A stretch of DNA of 63,998 bases, filler included, from Circinaria calcarea (GCA_051942165.1; 21 parts of 21 records of this genome joined end to end with filler, not necessarily neighbours in it); one strand, 5' to 3'; counted from the first letter of the whole stretch, positions 35,764 through 48,834 are shown. Translations and numbers: made by a program. The notes: generated from the sequence alone by a model not told the origin.

Positions 35764-36103
35764 ATGGAGATTCAGATCCTTCGCTTATGATATGTCGATA
35801 AGGGACGTCTTGATCGACTGCTTAAGTATCTGTTCGGATATGGAAACTACGAAGTGGAGGTATACCCCCATTTAAAAGCTCACGTCTATGTTCTCATCAT
35901 AGTCCACACTAACATATATTCTCCTACCTAGATCAAAGCTGACGAGTTCTTGGAGCTTACTATTCCTCGACAACTTACGGAGGTATGTTACCGTACCTTG
36001 TATGCGTCGCGACACCCTATATCACTTTCATTCTCCAGCTTGTAGAAACCGCAAGCTTATCGAGACGAATAAGGCAGAAAAGGAGTCTGTAACAACACAA
36101 TAA
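35764..36103 (+). pseudogene. Three-exon ~58-aa microprotein gene with a premature TGA at codon 9
   Basis: Exons 35764-35859, 35932-35982 and 36074-36103 give MEIQILRL*YVDKGRLDRLLKYLFGYGNYEVE-IKADEFLELTIPRQLTE-AEKESVTTQ*. Both introns are phase 0 and intron 1 has CTAAC. The last acceptor is uncertain. Confidence 0.6.
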
Positions 36104-36742
36104 AGTGGTTGACCTATGACTGTCCGGCAGCCATGTCGTCGGCTATATGAGGCTCTGTGTAACAAACACTCTTACGTGGATTGAGCAGAGCTTTGCAAGA
36201 CCTGATACTCGGGGACAAAATGGTAGAATCTCGAGCGTGGATTCTCGGACCACATTGCTTTCGTCTCCAGACCTGCGAGTGCTAGGTTTGGTTTTCTCCA
36301 AGAGAACAACGATGGTGAAGAGGAGTAAGAGCTTTTGCCAATTGCTCAAAGGCTATTCTGGAACCACGGTATCGTACTAAATTAAGTACTCAATATTGTT
36401 CGGTAGGTACTAGGTGGTTATTATAAGTAGAATTAGTAAGAGAATGCAGCCATGAGTTTGGTTTGCAAATATACAGTTCTTGGTTTCCCAAGTGCATGTA
36501 AAGCAGCCGGCAGGCTGTGCTCAATCAATACACTCTATAGAATCCAAAGCTGAGGTTGATCACTACTATGCGAGATAGCTATATACTACGGCAAATGACT
36601 GCTATACCCCCCGAGCATGTTATTCCTTACTCCTATAATCNNNNNNNNNNNNNNNNNNNNNNNNNNNNNNNNNNNNNNNNNNNNTTAATTAATTAANNNN
36701 NNNNNNNNNNNNNNNNNNNNNNNNNNNNNNNNNNNNNNNNCC

Positions 36743-39693
36743 GAGACATGGACAGATCCAGAAACAAATGTTTTGTGGCTACGAGACTTGTTTCCACACC
36801 AGCAGCTCAAGGCTAGAGTATTGATATACAGTTACGAGACAGAGGCTCTAACGTCGGCCGGAGGAGTGACTGGGGTCCTACCTTATGCCACGACACTGGT
36901 GGCAGAGCTCTGCGCAAATCGTCAGATGGCAGATGGCTTCGAGCGTCCAATCATCTTTGTCTGCCACGACCTTGGAGGTCTCCTGACCAAACGAGCTTTG
37001 GCGTATTCCAGCAAGAGGCAGGGTAAGGTGATCAATCAGAGATCGATTTACACCTCAACATGTGCGATTCTATTCATGGGGACACCACATAATGGAATCG
37101 ACAGAAAGGCTCTTTTACTTCCACGAAACGATGAGAGCCCGGGCCCGAGCCAATTCGTGATAAACCTTCTCAAAGGGTCGGGACCGCTGCAGGAGATCAC
37201 CGATCAATTTGCGCCCTTGATGAAACAGTTTTCCATTTACAACTTCTGGGAGCAGATCGAGACCGAGGCTGGGGATGTTAAAACCTACGTTGTGAATGAA
37301 GAATCTGCTGCGCCAGTATGGGATGATGTCGAACGATGCGGGATAATGGCAACTCACTCCGGCATGGTCAAATTCAAAAACCTCAAAAATAACGGATATT
37401 GTGTTGTTCTTGAGGCTCTTATACGTTATATAAAATTTGCTCCTGTAATTATACGGTCCAGATGGGTTAGGGACTCGGAATCACGCGTGATAGAACGTGA
37501 GAAAGAGGTGGAGGCTTTACGCCAGCCTCAGCTTCTACACCCATTTTCTGACGATGCAAATTCTGTTGGCTGTAACGAGCTTTTCATCGTCCCTCGCTGG
37601 CCTAGTAACCACTTTACAGGAAGGCGGATGGACGCAAGCCTTGTGAAAGAGAAGTTGAGCCCAACTAAAAGACCCAACATGAATAATACGCACAGAATAT
37701 TTGTTATATACGGTCTTGGCGGCTCTGGTAAGACTCAGTTCTCTTTAAAGTATGTTCAGGACAATCGTTCTAGGTATAGCCTGCTTTCCTGCTTGCTTAA
37801 TTAATGGAACTTATAACTGACCGCTTATGTCAGCTACTGGGGAGTGTTTTGGATAGACGCCAGCAACGAGGAGCGAGCTAAACTCGGCTTCGCTTCTCTC
37901 GGTCGACAGGCGGGCAAAGGGGATACGTTTGAAGCTGGAATGCACTGGTTGTCAAGATGCTCGAAACCGTGGCTTCTCGTCATCGACAACGCCGATGATC
38001 CCGATATGGACGTATCCCAATATTTCCCCACCGGAGGAAATGGTCATATACTGATTACAACTCGCAATCCAGGTGCAACTATTCACGCTACGGTTGGTCA
38101 GATCCAGTTTCGTAGTATGGATCCCGAGGAAGCTATCAGTCTCCTTCTTAAACATGCGTATCCGCAAAATCAGTCAGAGTACTTGAAACCACAGAATCGA
38201 ATATTAGCACAAGGTATTGCCTCGGAGCTAGGCTATCTCGCCCTTGCACTCGTACACGCTGGCACCACGATTCAGCGCAACATATATACACTCGAAAAGT
38301 ACCTGCATTACTATCTCGGCCATCGGAAAGTAATGATAAGTTCTTCGCTGTGCACGAGCGTGGACGAGACTAATATCATCACCACCTGGGAAATTTCGTT
38401 TGAGAGAATAAGGACTCGGGAGTCCGTTGAGCATAAAGACGCCGTGGACTTATTGTATATTTTCGCCTTTATGCATTTTGACTCCATTCCGGAAACCATC
38501 TTTCAACGGTCATGGAATGAGATCAAACTGTCTAAGTCTCGGCAGATTGCATACCCAGGTATCCTTCAGACTGAGTCCGGATGGAACGAGGAAGCCCAAG
38601 CTCGACTTCGTAGGGCATTACGTGTCTTGTGTGACCATTCGATTATTGATCATGAGCCGGATAAGGGAATCTGCTCATTACACCCCGTTGTTCAAGGATG
38701 GGCGAGAAACAGGCTCGAGGAAACAGAGCGGAAGAGGTGTCTCAGTTACACAACAGCTGTGCTAGCGCACTGCATCTCCCCATATCTCGAGGCATCTGGA
38801 CGGAGATTTCGAAGAGAACTTTTGCCTCATATAGACTCCTGTTTACAAGCCTTGAAATCGCAGTACCCATCATTACCCGACACAGTAGAGCGGGCTGCCG
38901 AAGTCGAAAAATTTGCATGGGTCTACGCGGAAAATGGAGGGTGGAAGGAAGCACGCAAGCTACAACGCGAGGTGGTAAACCTCAGGGCAAAGATGCTAGG
39001 TAGGCGGCATAAGGCTACGATTGAAGCTCAACGTAGTCTGGGACACACGTGCTGGAACTTATTTGAGCCGAAAGTCAAAGAAGCTATCGAGGTTCAACGG
39101 CAAGTCCTCGAGTCAGAATGGTGGTCACGGCCATCTTTGGCATACTGGACGGCTTGGCCGCCTTGGAAGCCGAGACATATTCCTTATTGTTTCGCTCTTG
39201 ACGATCTTACGTGCACACTCTGGCTTGCGGGTAATAGAGAATTGTCAAAAAAGGCCGGAGAGGCTGCGGTGGAAGGACTAATACAGCGTCTCGGTCCAGA
39301 AGATCCAAATACCTTAACGGCCATATTCAACCTTGCCCGAACATATCTCCACCTTGGCGACCAGAAAACAAGCCATAAGTTACTCATATGGGTACTCCGG
39401 AAGCGAAAGCGGTTCTTTGGCCTAGAGCATCCTGACACGCTTATAACGAGGAATGAAGTCGGCTTGAGTTTCCATGCACGAAAGCAGCATCTGGCCATCG
39501 CGGAACGGCTAGTCACCAACGTTCTCAAATCGCGCAGAGAGATTTTAGGCGAGGACCATGCGTATACTTGGTGGTCGATGAATGACTTGTCTAGGATTCT
39601 CTGTGACCGCGGACGTGGAGCGGAGGCAGCGTTGATGCTGGAAGAGATTATACCAGTAGTCATAAAAACGCTAGGTGAAGACCACGTTGGCTT
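36743..39693 (+). CDS. Fungal NLR: alpha/beta-hydrolase (SesB-like) - NB-ARC - TPR (both ends truncated, intron 37774-37833)
   Basis: WLRDLFP..RVLIYSY, RPIIFVCHDLGG, FMGTPHNG, P-loop GLGGSGKTQ, WLLVIDNADD, ILITTRN, YLALAL, TPR repeats LGPEDPNTL/LEHPDTL/GEDHAYT. Confidence 0.93.
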
Positions 39694-39794
39694 NNNNNNN
39701 NNNNNNNNNNNNNNNNNNNNNNNNNNNNNNNNNNNNNTTAATTAATTAANNNNNNNNNNNNNNNNNNNNNNNNNNNNNNNNNNNNNNNNNNNNC

Positions 39795-40175
39795 TCCCCA
39801 GCCGACGGCAGTACTTCTTCAGCTTCCTCATCCTCTAAATTGTCCGCAGGCGCAATAGCCGGTATAGTTCTCGCAACACTGATAGGCATCGCAGCTCTGT
39901 TATTGCTAGCGCTCTTCCTCCTCCGCCAACATAAAAAAAGGCAAGCCGACGGCAGCGACGATGGGCCAAAATACACCGAGCTGAATGTCGACGGCCAGGA
40001 AGCGCCTGTTACGGGGTATTATAAACCCCAAGAGATGGCGGGTGGGCAGGGGATATTGGCTGAGATGGGTAAACCCCTGCCACATGAGATGGAGGCTCAA
40101 AGTGGTATAGCGGAGGCGCCGGGGACACAATCTCCTGTGGAGATTTGGGCGTCCAATGTACCAGCTCGGAGGTGA
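39795..40175 (+). CDS. C-terminal fragment of a single-pass type I membrane protein (Mid2/Wsc-like)
   Basis: Ser-rich stalk, LSAGAIAGIVLATLIGIAALLLLALFLL TM helix, basic RQHKKRQ, and a tail with ELx/EMx repeats. Confidence 0.75.
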   Translation, partial: SPADGSTSSASSSSKLSAGAIAGIVLATLIGIAALLLLALFLLRQHKKRQADGSDDGPKYTELNVDGQEAPVTGYYKPQEMAGGQGILAEMGKPLPHEMEAQSGIAEAPGTQSPVEIWASNVPARR

Positions 40176-41031
40176 AAGCGATACTTATAAATAATGAAAT
40201 ATATATCCTTCAATCATTGTTTCCCCGTCACTGGTGTCTTCGTGATTTAATTTCGTTGGGATTCCGGCTTGATAGAACGCGATCAGTGGAATGAGTTCCG
40301 TTATCTGAAACTAATTAGTACTATAATAATATAAAACCTCCGCAGTTTAGTACTTTCAACAAAGCTTTATTTACGGGCTTTAAGGCCAGATCTACGCCTA
40401 CCCCTTCCAAGGTAACGACAAAATAACCATGGTATCAAAACTCAGTTCGTTACGATGTCGTCAATAGGTGTTGTTAGACGGTGCAATTATTGCCCAGCAG
40501 ATTAGGATTATTTAACGCGCTCCGATTAAGCGCGCCTAGATGCTGCGGGATAACCGGAAAGGAATGCTGAGTTCGCCTCATAATCCATTTTACGATGTGG
40601 GAAGCTGTTGAGCTGTGACCAAACAGCGGCCCTATACTTTATTCTCGAGTATAACGGTACCGACGATTGCAGATACGTGAACCTAGACACATGTTTTTTA
40701 AACTTCAGGCTTAAACGTGCCCAAATTGAGTATAAGGATCCTTTACGACTAGTATAGTGATCTTACGAATAAGGGTCGGTAAACTGTGTGATAAATGTGC
40801 TCAATTGGTTCGCATAGCGTGTGAATTCTTGCTAAAGAATTCTGGTGTAACACTTCGCGAGGGAAACCTTTCTCGCTAAGCCAACACCTCGTGACCTCGG
40901 TGTGTAGTTCCCCCGTAGGGTTCGTAGAGGTTCTCGGGTAGAGATCCTTACACCTTATTTTAGAGATAGGGATCGTTTCCCGGACGACGGGTGCTTGGGA
41001 GTCCTACGAGACACGTAGCCTGGCAAGATAG

Positions 41032-41204
41032 TGTTGAGCAGTAATATGTGTGGTGGCGGTTATGCTGTCTGAGTATGTATTTTAACTAAAACTATCTATG
41101 CGGCGAGAAGTGTTTTTATAAAGTATGTAGAGAGTGTTGAGCATGGACCGTGTATTAGCTGAAGCTAACACATAACTCGGTAAATCTTATTATAACGTCC
41201 AACA
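41032..41204. mobile_element. Solo LTR (173 bp), same family as 17104-17275, more decayed
   Basis: TGTTG...CAACA termini and shared AGTGTTGAGCATGGACCGTGT core. Flanks GATAG and GACAA differ by two transitions. Confidence 0.8.
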
Positions 41205-42558
41205 GACAATTGGGCGTTTTTACAAAAATTAATATCGTCATTGCAAACTGATATAAAGTTCTACGTCGCAACTCTAATCGGGAACGAAGACTTCTTACAG
41301 GAGACTGCCGCAGTATTGCATAGGCTATCAAAAGAGAAACTATCTCTCCAGATCACAAAATCCTATAGATATCGAGGACAAAAATATCGGAATCAACAAC
41401 GAGTTCCAGTCTATCGGGAGGAAATGTCAGAGTCGAAAATCAACAAGAATAATACTAAGACGTCTCTTTAATTCGTGCAATTCGCCGCTATCCTCCTTCA
41501 GTACCTGAAATATCCTGTAGAAAACTTGCGGGACCAGATTTACTAATTACAACAAGATGTTTTCATCGAAAGGACAGAAAATGGGTGAGTAAGGATGATG
41601 CGAATACTCAATTGAGGGGAATGACACTTCAGAGACTGGTGTCGGTAGCGAATGCGTCATGCAGTAGGATATAAATGGAAGGTTGCGGAGAGCTGCTGCT
41701 ATGAATGGCATCGGGCACATAAGGGAAATGCAATACTATTTTTCGGCTAGTGTGGCGGTGGTGTTATGGAGAGGAAAACGGGTTCGTGAGTAGCTGAAGA
41801 TTTGTTTCAGGATAGATAATAGCGAGTCATATTTTTCCTATCCCTTCTACTGAGTTTACTTTGCACCGATCGCTTGAATATGTGACAGGCCGCTTTGCTT
41901 GGTATCGTTGACAAAACCATAGAACCCCGGACCTGTGTCTATGCAATCCTCTTTCATCTTTTCAGGAGGGCGTTTAGGTATTCCTTCCGTTCTCAATCCC
42001 ATCGACTACTGTAGCACCACTGAAGACTAGATACGGTTCAATACTGCAGAGTCTGCCACACCCCATCCCAACTCACTCCAAGCCTCTGAGGTGGAGCGAA
42101 GTTCTAAGCTCAGGCAGCCGAGGCTAGGTAGAATAGGGTATCGCAATATGACCCTCGAGGTAATATTCAACAGAATCAAAAAAGTTGATCTTACCTACGT
42201 TTTTCCCTCCCTCCCAAATAACACTCCAATTTTGGTCAGACCGAATATGAGGTAGTTGAGCAGCTACCTGGTACATGATTGCCCACATGAAGGTCTCTGA
42301 GTATGGAGGAGAGGCATTACATATATATGGGCGTGGAATCAGAGATTAGTTGGCTGGGAAATCCCAATAACATCTTACTCTGATTCTGAGAACCTCAGAT
42401 TTGGTACGCGATCTCTCGCAAATACCAGTTAATTCGGTGTAGACTTTAGGTTCATGGACTGGCTCAGCATCACCGGTAGGATCTTCTCCTAAAGAGTATC
42501 TTGTGTGTGAAGACTATCTCCTTTTTCTAGTATTTATGAGTATGGCGTACGCCTTCCG

Positions 42559-42744
42559 TTATAGTTCTTCCTCCATAGGTGGCCGACTTCCCCCGCCTAC
42601 TTTCGGTGGCGGTGGTGGCGGAGTGGCTTTTGCTTTTGGCGCGAAATCTTCCTCTTTGCTCTTTTTCTCGCCTTCCATGAAGTACTCGTCGAAGGCACGA
42701 TTTGGAGACAGGGCTTGCCGTTGTTTTCTACTTGCGCGTGATAG
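42559..42744 (-). CDS. C-terminal fragment of an unknown protein ending in ...MEEEL*
   Basis: Open frame from the contig end: ...FDEYFMEGEKKSKEEDFAPKAKATPPPPPPKVGGGSRPPMEEEL*. Confidence 0.35.
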   Translation of the reverse strand, partial: LSRASRKQRQALSPNRAFDEYFMEGEKKSKEEDFAPKAKATPPPPPPKVGGGSRPPMEEEL

Positions 42745-42846
42745 NNNNNNNNNNNNNNNNNNNNNNNNNNNNNNNNNNNNNNNNNNNNTTAATTAATTAA
42801 NNNNNNNNNNNNNNNNNNNNNNNNNNNNNNNNNNNNNNNNNNNNAC

Positions 42847-43113
42847 CGCCCCCTCTCCACCCCTTCCCCCGTCCAACAACGCATCCGAACCTCCTTTTCC
42901 ACCACTTTTCCGTCCCCAAACACTACCGCGCAAGACCAAGTCGCCGAAGCGGAACAATATATCAAGTACATCAAAGCACAGAGGATGTATGCGACTTTGC
43001 TGGAACGGTATAACCCGGGCATGTCGATGGATGAGGAGGAGAGAGTGCGGTTAACAGCACGGAGGGTGGGGATGGACTTGCCGGAAGAGTGGAGGGCTGG
43101 AAGGAAAGAGTAG
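42847..43113 (+). CDS. FMC1: C-terminal fragment of mitochondrial ATP synthase assembly factor Fmc1
   Basis: YIKAQRMYATLLERYNPGMSMDEEERVRLTARRVGMDLP. Not in the ORF track. Confidence 0.85.
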   Translation, partial: RPLSTPSPVQQRIRTSFSTTFPSPNTTAQDQVAEAEQYIKYIKAQRMYATLLERYNPGMSMDEEERVRLTARRVGMDLPEEWRAGRKE

Positions 43114-43689
43114 TGGTACAGATGCTGCGACGGGATGTGGGTTTATGATATGAGCATCACCCCCGGATACGGAAGGAGCCAGACGTGCTCCAGAGACACA
43201 TGTGTCCACAGTCCTAACGGATCGGGACGAGTGCCGGGGAAGCAGAGGATATTTGAAGAGCAGCCAGCTACAGGTCAGACTAGCTCTTGGTGCCCTCATA
43301 TCAGTATATGGCTTCTCTAAAAACAAGTTGGTGTAAGAGGGGGAAATTTGTTGGTTGTGTGCATATTGGGGAGATTGGAATGGGTTACAACGGAATTCCA
43401 CGACTGTACAGAGTAATTTTTCAGTGGGGATCTGGGTTAGGCTGGCAGTCTCACTTCATCGAAGATATTTGCAGGCCCCATAGCCAAAATGTGGCCAGGA
43501 GCTTCCGAGGCTTGCTTTACCAATCATTGAATCTGGCTTTTGTGCCTCGAGGTCTACATACATTCCACTAGCCAATAAAGAAATCGGATATACGGAAATC
43601 TTCTTAACAAAGAAGGCATACGTTAAATTTCAAACAATGTTCCTCCACTACAAAGCAGGATATATGAAGTTCTGCTATGAAGCTCATGT

Positions 43690-45033
43690 TTACGAGTTAT
43701 CTGGGAACTGGTCGTCAAATACTGTATTCCCATTCAACAGGTTTTCCACGTTCATTCCTGCACTCCATCGAATCACATCTGTACTCGCCTTCTCAATCTT
43801 ATCCGTCCCATGATCCGATATATCGCTGTACGAACTGGCAGTTCCCTGCAGGCCGATGATGGTTGAATAGCTGTGGCCACACTGTGGTACAGGATCTATG
43901 ACCGCTCGACCGTTCGCAAAACGATCTCGGCATAAGATCACACGGCTCGTCGAAGGACCTGATTCCCATCTCATATAGGATCCCTCTCGCACCGGGTTGC
44001 GTAACAGCATAGCCAAGCGAGCAGGTCGAGCCCCATAACATGGTGTGCTGTGCGTGTGTGAGGGGGATATAGAAGTCGCCGATCATCGTCCTTGGAGGGA
44101 AACCGTGAAATGTTGATTTCCGACAACGGTCGGATCATTCAAATGGAAGACTCGCCCTTTGGGTTGGTCCTTGCATGTTGCCGTCGTTGATTGAACGCTC
44201 ATATTTGGGTACGAAGTGCCGCAACGACCAAGCCAGAGAAGATCCCAATTGTCAACATATGGAGAGATCATCGCCCGGATGGTGGAGGGCAAGCGGTCGA
44301 AAGACACGTCAGGCGGCATGGTTGATGGACCGTTAAGTGAGGGAAAAGTAGGGTCGGCATACATTGAAGGTCAAGAGGCAAGGGGTTGAATCAAGGCCTG
44401 CGAAGGAAGAGCAAAGTCGGTCAATTGACGTTTCAAACATACATCCCAATCGATATCACCTTCAAGGATTAAGGCACTCGTACGATTTGTTGAAACACCC
44501 TACCAACGAGGTTCATCAGCATCCTCATGGAACGTGGTTGATCCACGCGTCAGGCGGATTCTGGTTGGGTGGACAAACGTTGCTATTGCGTCCATATGTG
44601 CACTCCCAGCTTCCAGTATTCCCAGCTTTGAAATGCTTTTGCGGCACTGGAGGTGGCAAAACTTTGTCGAGAACGCTCTCTCCCACCAAGCAGTCAATTC
44701 AGTTAAGATGCATACTACTCAGAGCAGCCGTCAACAGCATCGCATCATGCTTGTCGGTGCGGGAAGGAAGATTGATGACAAGAACATTTTCGAACTTTGG
44801 TACGGTCAGCTTAGGTCGCAGCGCCGCAGGGTACGGCTAAGGGCATACTCTAAGGGTAGCATTAAATACATTATCAAGAGGAAACCGGCGCTGTACGCTT
44901 CTGCTGGGGCAGATATCGAAAATGTGATGCGGAACGTGTTTCAAAATCCGAGATGTGTCAGGAAAATAATGAATACAGCGCCGAGGCTACTCTGGAGGAG
45001 GATAGATGAAGGTCGCCGCTGCAGGAATGGTAT
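43690..45033 (-). pseudogene. Glycosyltransferase family 25-like pseudogene
   Basis: FENVLVINLPSRTDKHDAM, ALILEGDIDWD, SPYVDNWDLLWLGRCG, CSLGYAVTQPGARGILY, PQLFNHHRPAG, IRWS. In-frame stops and frameshifts. Confidence 0.75.
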
Positions 45034-46832
45034 TATCTCTTGTTTTCTTCGCTATAAAGCTGAAATATCTCGTGACGGAGAAACTACCGGTCCGTTTGCA
45101 AGAGCTTTATTCTAACCCATCAAAGCAGAGACCGAAAGCCATACCAACCAGGACGCCTCTCGCCATACTTCCATCAATGTAAATCAAGGTAACTGGCAAG
45201 GCAGAATAGGAGAAGATGGAAAGCCAAAGGAGTGACACGAACGCTAGACATGTAGAAAGCCCCGGAAACCGGGGGGGGCGCCAAGGTCACTCTTTTGATT
45301 CCGGAAATCGGTATGGGTCGAACATTCCGTTCAAGGGTAAGATACTCCACCTACCACAGTATATGTTTGGCAAACCTGAGTATAAATTCCTTACCTGGCA
45401 GCCGCAGTGCATTGGCGTAAGGTTCCATGAAATCAGGGTTTTTTTGGCCTGATGAGGCAACTAGCTTATGTGTCTACTGGCTCGAAATTGATTCACCTCT
45501 GGAAAGCGGCGCGTCATGCAGCGGGTTGAAGTACCATTCCCACCTAAGTAGTTTCCCAGCGCAGCAGATGCCGCAAAATCTGTATATACCCCCCCCTTCC
45601 TCCTCCCTGGGTGCTAGTTTCAACCCCTATTCTCGGTTCTCAGTTCAAACGGGGAATTTTTGTACTGCTGCGTGCTCTCCACCCCAGCAAAAAATCGCAT
45701 TTCATTTCAATGAAGCCCCCGCCCCCCCTCCCCTTTCTTTTCCCATCATCGTCTTTGCTTTTCCATCCCACCCTTGGCCCGGTTATAGCNNNNNNNNNNN
45801 NNNNNNNNNNNNNNNNNNNNNNNNNNNNNNNNNTTAATTAATTAANNNNNNNNNNNNNNNNNNNNNNNNNNNNNNNNNNNNNNNNNNNNTTACTAGGCTG
45901 TGGGTTGTAGGGGCGGGGGAAAAAGAAGTGGGATAGACGAGATTAGGGTGAAGCGGATGCTGATCGACAATTCCATGTGGGTGATGGGAGTGTGGAGGTG
46001 GGGATATTGCCTTTGTCCATTGGGGCCCTGCTCCGAAACGGGAGACATGGCGCAGAGGGCTTAGGAATCGAAGTCGAGGGCTTACCATACGTTGCGGCAA
46101 TTCTTCCTGCCAAATACGGACGCTTTGAATGCTCACCCGGGGATAAGGGGCAAATTGGAGTGCTGTTCTATTCTGCGAAGCGTCACAACAGTGCGATTTG
46201 CGAAACGAACCTTCCATTAACGTCGTGTTAGGGTTGCAGCTGCGATGCTATGGCAGAAGCTCCATCTCAGGCATCACTAGCTATGTTTGCTATTTCTTAG
46301 CAGTAGAAGAACGAGAAAGGAGACCTCCGAGATTTCTTATGCAGACGCCGAGGCACGTATGCACTAGCCTAGGAGCACATCCATGAACTGGGTGCTGCGG
46401 CCAACAGGAGCGACAGAGTGTATGCCTCCATCATATAGATACACCAAATAGACATTCAATCCTCCAGTTCCCACCTCCGTCCAACGCCGAGTCATTTGCA
46501 ACGCTACCCGCACCGCAGGTAGGTGAGAGCCCTGCCCTGTGGTAGTTTTCTGTCTTGTAGCCACGGTTTCAAGAGAAAGGCATCTATTGGCAGATGGCCA
46601 GATTAAAGTAACGTTACCGGATCCAATTATTGAATTCAAAGATCTTCTAACAAAAAAAGACGGTAGTGGAGCATTTCCCTATACCACTCACGTCTATATG
46701 GTGATAGTGAGTGGAGTTGGACGTAAATAGCCAGAAGCAGTCTCCAGTAGCAGACGCTAAAGTGATCCTGGGAAAAGCGTACACAAAGTCAGGAAAGTAA
46801 GAATTCGAGAGTAATCACTAGGATCCATGCCG

Positions 46833-48834
46833 CTAATCTGGATGTTGATGCGGGTTCCACGGCTGACTCTGCGGATAGTAAAAGTCGTGTCTGCTGTGAT
46901 CCGGGTTCCCCGTAGTCATCGTAGTCATTGTTCCCATTTGCATCGAGGCCGGGAACAGATAACTGAGGTCTACCGATGGTGCTGTGGTGGTGGTTGGGGA
47001 CATGAACGGCATGAATTCATCATACGATGTCAGTACTGAAGGATCAAAATCAGCATGGCTACCAGGAAGTGTAGTACCCCCGTAGTAGCCATGATCTTGG
47101 AGTTGTCGGGTGAATGGTTGCAGGCCTCCCCAGAGGTCGTAATCCTGTGACGACTGGCTTTGGCTTTGGCTTTGGCTATGGTGGGAAACACCGCTGTGCT
47201 GGGACTGGCTCCGGGAAGGTGGAGTGTCCGACGGGAGATCACTAACATCTCGTCCAACTTTCGGCGCCACTTTTCTCAACATTTCATTACAGATCTTCCA
47301 CGCCCGACGCGCGGAAATGCTTTCGACAGCCATGACGTTCAGCCAGCACACAGCCTTCCTTGTCGACTCCAGTATCTCCTCCGCCTCATTCGGCATGTGG
47401 TCGGCGCGATAGGACAGCTCCAGCATCAGAACGGTCGCGGCCTGCGTCAGGTAGTGGACGATACACCACCAGGGAGCAACTTTGTATAAGGCGGCCGGAT
47501 CCGGCTTCCCTTCCGGCACTAGGCTTATAATCCCTTTGGCACCCCTTACGCACCGCGTGGCTGCGTTCCTGTTGAAGTCCTTGGATCGGTTGGATTCGTG
47601 CGGAATGTTGTGGTCCAACCGACAGAGACACGGCCGGGTGATGATGACGTTTGTGCTGTAGTAGAAGAAACCCAAACTTATGCGCTGTCTCTCGAAGATG
47701 TGGTCTTGCTGCTTGTTTGTGAAATCAAACACTGGCTGCAGACTAGATCGCCACTTCTCGAGCTTGCCGGCAAGTGAGCTGATGGCCGATTGGATCTGAC
47801 CCCAGGATCGTTGCATCGCACACGGGCTGTAGAGTGCCGCAAGGGTCTCATGGGTCAGTTTACTCAGCTGCGTATGACGGACAAAATACAGTGATATTGT
47901 GGGCGGGAGGCTCGAGAAAAAGTCGTAGCCGGACTTTTGCGTAACGGTCGAGCCATTTGGTGATGGCTTGATCCTTGTTGAAGGGGTTGAAGGAGAATTT
48001 GACAGTGCGCCGGCTGACTCTTCACTGGAATAGCGGCGCATCTTCCGCAGCACTTCTCCTTCAGGCATGCCGCCATTCGGGCTAGAAAACGTTTCTTCGT
48101 CGACTGGGATAGGCATGGGCGTACTGCAGTCGGCGTCTGAGATTAACGATGGGCGTCCAGTCATCACTCCAATGTGACGTTCGAGGTTATACAATGCCCA
48201 CCAGACCCGATAGCGGATTTCTTTTGATACGTCCGACACCTTTGGGTTCTCGTTCCGCAGATGGAGTCCCAAAGCCAGACTGGACCGGACTGCGAAACCA
48301 TGAATGGCGTAGGCCCTTTGGCTACATTAGCGACATTTTTGTCAAGGGTAGAGATTAGTCCAAGTGGCTCACCTGTTGACTTGATTGGTTGACAATAGGT
48401 AAAACGCCGCTAGACCGGTGACTTGAATTCGCTGTAAGTCCGGATGCTCAAAGATGGCATCGCCATCCAGACCAAGGAGTCTCGCGCGGTTGAAGTAGAC
48501 CAGATGATCCCTATCGTCACCTCTCCAACGTGCCTGCACAAGGTGCGAGTAATTTGCTGCGATGGCGAAGATGAGGTTAAGAATGGCAAGCCACTTATTG
48601 CCGGGAGTGAGCTGACCGTTGTCAAAGAACGTCTGCACCTGGTTCAGAAAGGTCACCTTGCCAATGATAGGGAAGACCGGGTGTACGGTATCCAGATACG
48701 TCTGAAGAAGATGTTCCGCCGTTTCTCGCAATGGCAGTTCCTTGGGCGCGATGAGCTCACGCATAATCAGGGCTTGGTCGTCACAGTGATATGTAGAATC
48801 ACTGATACCGCCATCAGCATCAAATGGTATGTCC
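46833..48834 (-). CDS. Fungal-specific transcription factor (Zn2Cys6 family middle homology region), 5' truncated
   Basis: YLDTVHPVFPII, LGLHLRN...KEIRYRVWWALYNLER....TGRP, ITRPCLC, PWWCIVHYLTQA. Confidence 0.92.

Noticed and set aside
40731..40952. Possible solo LTR (TATAAGGATC...GATCCTTACA)
   Set aside because: The inverted termini are suggestive, but there is no target-site duplication and no second copy in the window.
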